64,000 nucleotides of DNA from Octopus sinensis. Its lineage: Eukaryota. Where the stretch lies: contig NC_042998.1 in assembly GCF_006345805.1 (NCBI RefSeq), positions 66,154,001 to 66,218,000 on the forward strand, in the 5' to 3' direction. A program made the position numbers and the translations under genes. The notes below the pieces were generated by a model, which was given only the letters and a program-made list of their open reading frames with translations, had not been told where the DNA came from and did not search any database. Every line of letters starts with the position of its first letter. The stretch's first letter is position 1. This document shows positions 54,323 to 64,000 of the stretch, one piece after another.

Positions 54323-54399
54323 ATTCTGCTGATGAACTATGGATGTGTTGTGTGAGTAAAATTACATAATTTATTAATAGCGAAACAATTGTCCAGAAT
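54323..54399 (+). ncRNA. Type I hammerhead ribozyme motif, intact core
   Basis: ATTCTG CTGATGA A CTAT...ATAG C GAAA CAATTG TC CAGAAT; 6-bp stem I, palindromic helix III, predicted cut after C54393. Confidence 0.8.
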
Positions 54400-54428
54400 A
54401 TATAAATATATATATATATATATATATC

Positions 54429-54492
<64 letters not shown>

Positions 54493-54497
54493 ATATA

Positions 54498-54543
<46 letters not shown>

Positions 54544-55368
54544 GTGTGTGCTTTTGCATATGTGTGTGTGTATTATTCGCCACCGCTTGATAACAGATAC
54601 TGGAGAGTTTACATCTCTGTACTCTGTACTCTAGTAGATCGGCATAGAATCCCAGAAGAATAAGCACCAGACCTTAAGAAGAATTATGATACTGGCGCTC
54701 TTTGTTGGACTAACACCCTTCAGCAGGTTCCCGGAACATGGCCGCAATCAAATGACTAAATCAAGTAGAAAAATAAGTGTTAAGTAATACAAACGTTCAA
54801 CAAAATAAAATAACCCCGATTATATTTAAATCATGTCTTTCCTTTTGACTATCTCACGCTTCTCTTAGGCTGAAAGGAGCTGACTAAATATTCTTAACTG
54901 AAAAGAAAACCATAGAAATTTTGGTAATACATAAATGACAGTAAAACTGGTAATATTTATTAAGAGGACATTTTTTTCAGTAGAATATATCTCTGCTACA
55001 AAACAAATTACAACAAATAAATATGTGTAAGAATTAGTAGTTCCTCAATTGTATATATACGGGTTTTCGTTCGATGAAGCTATATGTTTGTTGGTAAGCA
55101 TATGTCTGATGCACATGCTTGATATATTGTAGGCATGTGAGTGGAGATGTCGACGAACTTAGCATTCAATGAATCAAAGACATTTGGTACAACAGGACTG
55201 ATATATTGATGAATAAAATGTGTCACAAACATAAAGATTAATGTTTGCTATCTTTCAATGGGGATTTGCACGAGACAAGATGTATGTGTTTTACACAGTA
55301 TTTCTGTATACAAGGATTACTATGGAAGTTATACATAAATACATTGTGAATTTGTGTGGTATATATAT

Positions 55369-55413
<45 letters not shown>

Positions 55414-55424
55414 GTACATATATA

Positions 55425-55463
<39 letters not shown>

Positions 55464-55504
55464 TATACATATATATAAATACATATACATATATAGATAC
55501 ATAC

Positions 55505-55537
<33 letters not shown>

Positions 55538-55691
55538 TATACATACTTAAATAAATACATACATACATACATACCTATAAACATTATGTTAGGGGCTATT
55601 TCAAATTATACAAACAAACACAGCCACACGTACACGACGGAAAGAAATCGGATACACAAAAGGTGAGAATTGCAAAAGCGATTTTTTTTTT

Positions 55692-55904
55692 TGTACTTGT
55701 TTCAGTCATTTGACTGCGGCCATGCTGGAGCACCGCCTTTAGAGTGATGAAAGAGTACAGCAGGGATCACCACCTCCTGCCGGAGCCTCATGGAGCTTTT
55801 AGGTGTTTTTTTTCGCTCAATAAACACACACAACGCCCGGTCTGGGAATCGAAACCGCGATCCTCCGACCACAAGTCCGCTGCCCTAACCACTAGGCCAT
55901 TGCG
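55692..55904 (-). mobile_element. tRNA-derived SINE family 3 head with CR1/L2-type tail
   Basis: Minus strand TGGCCTAGTGGTTAGGGCAGCGGAC...GGTTTCGATTCCCAGACCGGGCG, ending AAAGGCGGTGCTCCAGCATGGCCGCAGTCAAATGACTGAAACAAGTA. Confidence 0.85.
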
Positions 55905-56109
55905 ATTATCTATAAAAGTACAAACTAAAGATGGTAACTGAATGAAAATTCAAGTAAACACATTAAATATTGTCTGGCTATATATGCTTCCGAAGTGAGA
56001 CCATGAATATTTTTATCAGTATTGCTGTTGTTGTTGTCGTAGTTGTTATTGATGTTGTTGCTTTCATATCAACTCAACAGATTAAACTGTTGGATAAGAA
56101 AAAACAGTT

Positions 56110-56900
56110 CTAACATCGGATTACAACAAGTAACTTTGGATGCCAAGAACCCTCCTATCGGGCTACAACAAGTAAACTCAATTGACAAAAACTTCACTAA
56201 TTATCCTAGCTATCCCAATTAACACTGTTTTCTGGAATTGTACTGAACCGGGTTTTATGCCAATTTCCTCTATCCTTATGTTCAGATCATTAATGATAGT
56301 TCCCAATGCACCTATAACTGCACTTTCTATAGTCTCTGTAATTTTACCTGCGCTTTCTATAGTCTCTGTAATTCAATGGCTAGGTCCTGGTACTTTGTAT
56401 TGATTTTTTTCATCATTTGGGTCTGTAAACTCAATTATCTGGTACTTTCTATTCTCTATCTACTACTACTAAATCAAGCACTATAGCTTCTATTATTCTT
56501 TGTCACAGGTTTCCTGCAGTCTCACATGCATAGCATGCTTGCTACCTGAAGCCCATGGTACCATACTATCCTTTCTTTTCAGCTATCTAATACTTTACCG
56601 ATTATTCTGGCCGTTCTAATGAGGAAAAACATTTTATAACATTTCTACAGGGCACCCTATTCTAATTTCCTATATATTCCTCTTGATACTTTCTGATACT
56701 TTTCGCAAGAATCCAACAATTGTCACTAACTTCACATTCTACATTTTCCATAGCAGGGTTGTATTTATCTATCTTTTCGCCATCCTTCTTGACTATTCGT
56801 GGGTAAAAGGGTCATGCAGCATCAACTATACAGAATATGTGGTGCATCTCGTCTACTACCACTAAATCCAGTCTGTAATGCTCTAACACCTGATATGTTG
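56110..56900 (-). mobile_element. R4/Dong-type (restriction-like endonuclease) LINE 3' fragment, degenerate
   Basis: Minus-strand DLVVVDRE, KYQDLAIELQRL, VIGALGTI...FQKTVLIGIARII, typical of the R4/Dong C-terminus. Confidence 0.75.
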
Positions 56901-57154
56901 GAATCAGAAAATTGCATTAGAGGGGGAAATCATGCAGATAATGTATTTACTTTTCTCAATATCTAGCATCAGCAACAATGTTAAACTATACCAGAAGTGA
57001 CACAGTGAGTAACAATATATTTACCATCTTTTTTTTTAATTTTCGAATGCACTTTTAATCCTGCACCGTTTAACGTTTTTCAAATATGTTCAATATTACG
57101 CTAAAATAGTCTAGTTAGATTTCAGGTGAAGAAGAAAGAACTGATGTAATGAAA

Positions 57155-57156
<2 letters not shown>

Positions 57157-57200
<44 letters not shown>
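57157..57200. repeat. (CT)n microsatellite
   Basis: Directly visible. Confidence 0.97.
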
Positions 57201-57206
<6 letters not shown>

Positions 57207-59121
57207 GTTACACCGCGAATTAACTGACGTAGATGAACCGTAAAAGACCTGGTCATCTGTTCTAGGTTTTCGAAACAAGAAATATATAACTGCATCACAG
57301 CAAGTTATGTGAATGCAGATTGGCAGGTCTCTCTACTTCGTAATCCTCATTGTGACCAAGAAGGAACAGTTGCAAGAACCAGAAAGCTAAGAACATCCAT
57401 AATAGCAACTCCACCTCAAAACTAAGACGACCATTACCAGCGACGAAAGCATTAAAATTATGGAGCTTTCTATTTCTATTAATCACAAATGTAGATGGCG
57501 CAAAGCGATGTGTTTTGTTTAGGGTTAAGTAGACGACTTCATTTTTATGAGAAAAAAATTATAGAATAGAACATACTACGTCGGCCGATACAAAGGAATG
57601 TCTGAAATGGACTGGGTGCTCTCTGTGTTCTGCAGCAAGGGAGAGAATACATGGAGACACGGACGCTCTTCACGACAAATCCTCCTGTTAAATGGTATGT
57701 GCTGGTACAATTAAACTTGGAATGAAGTGTTGCAAGTGACCTACGTACTACTCCTCAGATTTGAAATTGTTATCATGAGAACACTCATAAAAAAATGAGC
57801 ACTTCAAAGGATTGAGATCCTTCTCCACAACAAAATTCAAGAGGATTTTCAAAGTAATACTACGAAGTTCAAATTGCGTCTGAATACCTTGGCGCTATTC
57901 CGGAATATTTTCGCTAATACGGACTCGTTTTATCTGTAGTCAGAGAGTTTAAATGACATTGCAAACAGCGAACTTTTGTTGCTTAGTTTCCATGGTGATG
58001 GAAAGGGATTTTAAGCTACGCCTGCTGCTGATAGCCACAATTAATGCATAAACAAAATTGGCAAGCTACGCCTGAACAGTCAGGGTGACAACAGAAATAC
58101 ACACGTCTGAAGTAGCTCAAGGCGAAGTACCCTAAACTAATTAATATGCACATAATTACGGAGACGTAGGAGAGAGTTCGAACAGAGACATGGCCTTTGC
58201 CAATTTCTGAATCTTTGGTGGCGGAATTTTTTAAGAGGAGTTAAAATAACATATTCTGAGTATTGGGTCAGTGAGTTTCTGGATGACAGTCACCAAATTC
58301 TGTTATCTTACCGTTAACTTTTGTTCCATTTTTAACTCCTCTTCACATAAAAAAAGTAAGTGTGTATTGATTCCAAAATTTTAACTGTTATATGTGACTC
58401 AATAGTTGTATGGCCATGCCAGTGATTAGCTATCAATCTAGAAGGATTTTATTGTCATGGGAAATCCTAACACGGTCTCTTCCCGACAACATTTTTTTTC
58501 TCATAGCTTCATCCATCACCGCTCTCCCTTATTGTCATATAGAAACGACAAAATCCCATGAGATAATACTGTAATTAATGTTTCGAAATGTTGCCCTCCA
58601 CCAATGAATTCTGGTAAACGTGTATGTATAAGGTTATGGTGAAGCTTTTCACAGTACGCAGGCAACGCCGAGCGTCTTGGCAGATTAATTTGACAAAATG
58701 TCTCATACATAATCAAGAGCATCTTTCAATGCTTTTATTGACCCCACCCCGCACAAAAAAGGATTACCTCAACATGCCTCTCTTTTGCATTTGATCAAAC
58801 GTCTATGTCAAGGAACGAAATGTTGATCCTACACAATCCTCCAAGGTTTTCCTTTCCAACTGTGATATATTCAAATAAAGATTCCCCTTGTTTGATGTCT
58901 TATGTATAGATATGTTTGTGGAAAATAAACAGTCGAGATATTATCGTTGTTGTCATTTCCATTTTTCTTCCTTTTTTTTTTTTTTTGGAAACAAGATTAA
59001 TTCTAGATTTCTTGGTTTTTTCCATTATTTTTGCATATTTATTTCTGAAATTGTTTTTAAAAGATTACATGTTTAAGCAGTCGTACTCTACATATTGTTG
59101 AATAACTAAGAAAATATTCTC

Positions 59122-59532
59122 GGTAGGAGTGGCTGTGTGGTAAGTAGCTTGATTAGGAACCACATAATTCCAGGTTCAGTCCCACTGAGTGGCACCTTGG
59201 GCAAGTGTCTTCTACTATAGCATCGGGCCGAACAAAGCCTTGCGAGTGGATTTGCTAGACGGAAACTGAAAGAAGCCTGTCGTATATATGTATATATATG
59301 TATGTGTGTGTATATGTTTGCGTGTCTGTGTTTGTTCCCCCAACATCGTTTTACAACCGATGTTGGTGTGTTTACCTCCCTGTAACTTAGCAGTTCGGCA
59401 AAAGAGACCGATTGCATAAGTACTAGGCTTCCAAAGAATAAGTCCTAGTGTCGATTTGCTCGACTAAAGGCGGTGCTCCAGCATGGCCATAGTCAAATGA
59501 CTGAAACAAAGTAAAACAGAGTAAAAGAGTAA
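59122..59532 (+). mobile_element. CORE-type tRNA-derived SINE, full-length, best-preserved copy
   Basis: A box TGGCTGTGTGG, B box GGTTCAGTCCC, CORE-like CCTTGGGCAAGTGTCTT, internal TA/TG tract, tail GGCGGTGCTCCAGCATGGCC...GTAAAAGAGTAAA. Confidence 0.92.
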
Positions 59533-59947
59533 ATGTACATTGTCTTTAAACATGAGAGAAACAAGGAAAGACAGAAAAAGCTTGAAACCCTCTACTAATT
59601 GCACGCTGTTTACGAAATTAGAAATCTAGGTTTTATCCATCAGTCGAATACAACGATACACATTTTATTTAAGAAGAGTCGCATCAGCGATAATATCTAT
59701 TCTTCTTTATTTAGTCACGAGACTAGCAATGATGTACTGAGGGGTAAATCGAAATTATGGAGAATAACGCAAGACTGGTACTTTCTCGATAAATAAATAA
59801 AAGGCTAAAATTGCCCTTCCAGTGTTTGATAATAGAACATTGAAAATAACACAAAACAACTCTTTTGATGACCTGAACATTCGTAATCAATCGGTTAGGG
59901 GTAGGGAAGTTACCCATTTTCTTTATGGAAATGATATTAATCACTAT

Positions 59948-60248
59948 TGTTTATTCCTTCTCGAGCCACGCCCGGTTCATAAGGGCCAGTTTTCTGGTTT
60001 CCTTGGCGTATAGATTCTCCACCTGGACGAGACGCCGGTTCGTCGCGGGTAAGCTGCAAGATGCAAGAGGAAAGCGTGAGAGAAAGTTGTGACGAAATGG
60101 TCAGCAGAAGTTCGCCATTACCTTCTGCCGGAGCCGCGTGGAGCTTAGGTGTTTCGCTCATAAACATACACATCGCCCGGTCTGAGATTCGAACCCGCGA
60201 TCCCTCGACTGCGAGTCCGCTGCTCCAAACATTAGGCCATGTGCTTTC
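59948..60248 (-). mobile_element. tRNA(Arg-like)-derived SINE family 3, full length
   Basis: Minus strand TGGCCTAATGTTTGGAGCAGCGGACTCGCAGTCGAGGGATCGCGGGTTCGAATCTCAGACCGGGCG; tail GGCCCTTATGAACCGGGCGTGGCTCGAGAAGGAATAAAC. Confidence 0.88.
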
Positions 60249-60411
60249 ATATTTATCACTATAGAAATAAGAATAAAACAGATTGATTAATGTTTTCTAG
60301 GTTTTGTAGGTAGTAAAGAAATGGATATTTATATTATCAGCCCCCACCTCCAAATGATATATAGTAAGGTTGACAGCGTCTATATTTAAAATTAGAGCAT
60401 TAAGAACTATC

Positions 60412-61000
60412 GGTTTCAAAATGTTGGCACAAGGCCAGAAAGTTCGTAAATGCGGGTTAGTCGATTACATCAACCACAGTATTCAAGTGGTACTTACTTT
60501 GTTGATCCCGAAAGTATGAAAGGCAAAGTCGACCGTGGCGGAATTTAAACTCAGAACATAAAGACGGTGCATTTGACCCAAGAAGCTTCACGGTTCTGCG
60601 GGATCACCATCTTTAGAGCTGGTAGAAACACCCTTCCCACTACAGGCGCAAGCTCTGAAATTGTCATGGGGAGGGAGGAGTAATTGGTTACATCGACTCT
60701 AGTGCTTGACTCATACTTATTTCTTTGCCCCTAAAGGATAAATGGCAAAATCGACCGTGGCGGAATTTGAACTCAGAGCGTAAAGAGGGACGAAATGAAA
60801 ACTGGAAGAAATACCTATTTCAAATTATGACACGTGATCAACAATTTCGGGGAAAGGGATAAGACTATGAAATAGACTCCATTGTTCAACTGGTATTTAT
60901 TTTATTGTCGCCCAGAGGACAGGTGGTAATGTGGAACCCAAAACGTATTCACGGAAGACATATATCGTCGGCCATTTTCTCCGGCACGTTAATGATTCCA
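60412..61000 (-). mobile_element. Three tandem SINE family 2 units
   Basis: Units at about 60412-60610, 60630-60800 and 60815-61000; the first two contain GGCAAA(G/A)TCGACCGTGGCGGAATTT(A/G)AACTCAGA. Confidence 0.75.
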
Positions 61001-62074
61001 GGATATAAAGATTTAATTTTTCCGCAATGCTAAACAAATGCAAGTGTAAGTGATAAATAAATTAAGAAATAATAAAGTGAAACATAGGTTAGGTAAAAAC
61101 AAAAAAAAATGACATACGTTAGCGACAGTGAGGAATAAATAAAATGAGGAAATTACAGAAAAGAAATGGAGAAATAATAAAGGATAATGGATGATTAATG
61201 ATGAACTACAATTAATTAAGTAATGAAGGTAGGAGTGTTGAAGGTGGGAAAAGCTATAATAGGGATGATGGTAATAATAATGATTTCCATAACCCGCAAA
61301 AATATTTAATAAGCGCATACATTAAAGATACAATGAAAATATAGAAAGGGAATTAACAAGATTGTTATTACAATTATGTAAGAATGGATCTCATAATTTT
61401 CATATCGTTAAAGTGTTATTGATGCAAAAGAAAAACGTAATGCTACAATTATTCAGACGTTTATGTACGGAAAATATTGGGAAAATTGCGAGAACAATAC
61501 AATTCAGCTACGTGACATATATATGAATAAGCATAACGATAAATGTAAGACGGTTGCCTGCTTGGAAGGTGATGAGGATATATAATGTGAATTAAAAGGG
61601 GATTAGATCAGTTGATATGAAGCGATGACTATTTGTAAAATATCTACTAGTTGCAGCTAGATTCATGCTGATGTTTTAGATGGAGACAGTGTGTGTACAT
61701 TTGCAAGATGGAGAGTGTACATTTGTGCTTATGTTACTTGGGCAATTGTCAATCATGATAAACGTAAGATGTTGTAATGAGTGATGAGCATGATTGCGAT
61801 CCTGTTTATATTAGGCTAACGGAATCCTAAGACATTTGAATTTTGCACATTATCTCCTTGCAAGGAACATCGTTTTGCATGCGATATTGAATAAAAAGTC
61901 GTTGATCGGTAAATCTTAAATGTTTCTTGCACCCAGGATCTAAAATTCTTAGGTTTACGTTTGCAACGATATTCAGGACCGGCGTCGTTATATGTCTCCA
62001 CGTATACCTGGAAAAATTAGTCTGCAGGTTGCACATATTTCTAATGAGGATACTGGAAAACCATTCTTTTACAG

Positions 62075-62164
<90 letters not shown>

Positions 62165-62189
62165 TTGTGCGGATGTGTGTGTGTGTGTA

Positions 62190-62395
62190 ACAATATGTGA
62201 ATCGTTGGCGATTTTTTGCCCTGTCTCCCTTTTCTCTTGAACGTACCTCCATCTACTGTTTCTGACGAAGAACTTTCCTCAAAACGTAAAACAACCTTTC
62301 TTTCCTTCATTGGGCGTCTGCAAATACTTTACATGTACGACGTACTTGCATTGTTACATTTTCTGTTGCTTGTTCTTAGTTTTGGGGATTACTAT
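62190..62395 (+). mobile_element. Short PLE-like module with a minimal hammerhead (62257-62293, G12 changed to A)
   Basis: TGTTT CTGACGA AGAACTTTCCTC AAAA CG TA AAACA; the relative at about 14146-14190 retains CTCGAAAC; ends in (TA)n. Confidence 0.6.
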
Positions 62396-63719
62396 ATATA
62401 TTATATATATATAATATATATATATATATACCTGTCATGAAAAAGAAACGACGATTGCGCTATAGGCAGATAGGAGTAAAGCCAACAAGTCAGCCAACAA
62501 AATTCTCTAACCAGACTGGTTAGATACAGTGAGTGTTTGTGAGTGTGTAGCTATGGATGTAAAAGTATACACCTGAGTAATATTTAAAAAATTCAGTTTA
62601 ACCTTGCTGTAATATTATAAATATATTAGTCTTGAATTGGCGTAATTTTGAATTATTTCTTAAACATTCAGTATTTTGTGATAAAGCCTGTGAGTGCAAC
62701 ATGTAATTTGAGTTACCAAAGATTTATTATATTCCCTCTGAAATTTTCATGGCTTTTACATATCCGAAATGCATATGATTATTGTAGTACTCCGTTTCAT
62801 TTAAGAAAACATGTAGTTTTAACATGTCCCGATGGCATTTAATTCCAATACAATAGGTTCATAAAATACCGTAGGGTTTTCATTGCATTCATCTAGCAAC
62901 TCAGTTGAATAATATGCCCTTTATCAAGATTAAATCAACTTCAAAATTGCCCTTTCAAGAAAAATGTCATTATATAATGTGAAAAGAAATTTTATTTAGA
63001 AGCACAGCATAAACAATGGCAAAATTATTTGGAATAAGGACATGGCGTCCATGAGTGACCTACAAAATGTTTGCACATATATTTACAACAAACCATGTTT
63101 ATGCATTAACCTTTAGTTAATGGAAATATTTCCCTATAAGGAAAGGGATGCAGAATGTCTTCCATTGTAGTGGTTGTCAATATTGCATGGATTTTGATAT
63201 ATGCAGCTCTTTGCCTCCATAAACTTTCCAACTTAATTTTAATTCTTTTCAAGCAGCATGATCTGTGCATGATCATTTTATAACATATGTAATAATATGG
63301 TATATTCTCACGTATTATATATCATTCAGGCACTTGTGATACGCTTGGCATTTAATCATTTTCAGGTGCAGAGCTTTTACTTTATCAATCTTTACGAACG
63401 AAGTTGATTTTCATAAAGGGTTCCGACATATTGAAGAAAACATAAAGTGCTTCCGTGTCAGGATACGCTAGCGTTATTCTACAATAAATATGTGAAAATA
63501 TGAGGAAAAAGCAAGAATAAACGTACAGTTCTATATTTAAGAGATGAGGAATTATGTACATTATTTACAATAGTTACATTCGATGGGTATTTGTCCACAT
63601 CTTGTTTGTTGTTTATCGGCTAATATACCCTCCAGCCTTCACCGTGTGTCTTGGGGAAATTTCGAAACTGGGTTCTCGTTCCTAAAGTATTTTTCGCTGT
63701 TGTTTTTGTTGTTATTATC

Positions 63720-63745
<26 letters not shown>

Positions 63746-63750
<5 letters not shown>

Positions 63751-63821
63751 TTACTACCTGGACTCGAACTCGGAATCATGGGGTTAGTAGCCCGCGCTCT
63801 TAACCACTACACCATATGCCC
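63746..63821 (-). promoter_or_regulatory. tRNA-derived Pol III internal promoter (A and B boxes)
   Basis: A box TGGTGTAGTGG (63814-63804), B box GTTCGAGTCC (63769-63760), anticodon-like arm GGG-CTACTAA-CCC. Confidence 0.8.
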
Positions 63822-63870
63822 GTGGTGAAATACCTTAGGAATGAGAACTCAGGTTCGAAATTTCCCCAAG

Positions 63871-63914
63871 ACACCTGATGAAGGCTGGAGGGTATATCAG
63901 CCGAAAAACTGTGT
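63871..63914 (+). ncRNA. Minimal type I hammerhead motif (helix III mutated in this copy)
   Basis: ACAC CTGATGA A GGCTG-GAGGGTATAT-CAGCC GAAA AACT GTGT; the sister copy at 37175-37188 (minus) gives GAAA CG TT GTGT. Confidence 0.7.
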
Positions 63915-64000
63915 TACCAACAAACAAGATGAAGACAAATATCCATCAAATGTAAATGATGTAAATAATGAAGAATATACATGTCTAAGTTCTTTGTACA

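Larger units (their letters stand above)
53580..54399 (-). mobile_element. Non-coding PLE-type module with direct and inverted repeats
   Basis: Direct repeat 53580-53707 / 54087-54214; inverted repeat 53837-54024 / 54212-54399; flanked by (TA)n. Confidence 0.88.
53382..54778 (+). mobile_element. Old CORE-type SINE split at its TA tract by an 820-bp insertion
   Basis: 5' half 53382-53547 (ACCTTGGGCAAGTATCTTC); 3' half 54560-54778 (CACCGCTTGATAACAGAT...CATGGCCGCAATCAAATGACTAAATCAAGTA). Confidence 0.75.
63524..63969 (-). mobile_element. tRNA-headed non-autonomous element with hammerhead region and inverted 5' pseudo-LTR
   Basis: tRNA-like head 63821-63746, (AAT)n spacer, body 63694-63524, inverted partial body 63827-63969. 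Confidence 0.8.

Noticed and set aside
63746-63821. Functional tRNA gene
   Set aside because: Acceptor and anticodon stems pair poorly, there is no oligo-T terminator, and it is embedded in a repeat; treated as a SINE-type head.

Overview
AT-rich, repeat-saturated eukaryotic DNA with no recognisable host gene or exon. The SINE families and repeat mix point to an octopus (cephalopod) genome; this is inferred from recalled repeat sequences, not from a search. Most ORFs in the track are microsatellite artefacts. Coding remnants are all transposon-derived: two Tx1-like LINE copies (14820-17493 +, 7890-8904 -), three CR1/L2-type LINE pieces, an R4/Dong 3' fragment, Tc1/mariner-superfamily elements, a near-intact Neptune-type Penelope-like element (PLE, about 26755-30770) and a second PLE GIY-YIG fragment. 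At least three tRNA-derived SINE families are present. The most striking unannotated layer is about 10 hammerhead-ribozyme (HHR) motifs with short palindromic helix III, mostly in short modules lodged in (TA)n tracts with PLE-style direct or inverted ends. One module has a tRNA-like Pol III head (63524-63969), i.e. a candidate Penelope-mobilised SINE/retrozyme. The long PLE has a T TTT TTA heptamer at the point where an upstream ORF must shift -1 into the RT frame. Boundaries of degenerate repeats are approximate and were read by eye.
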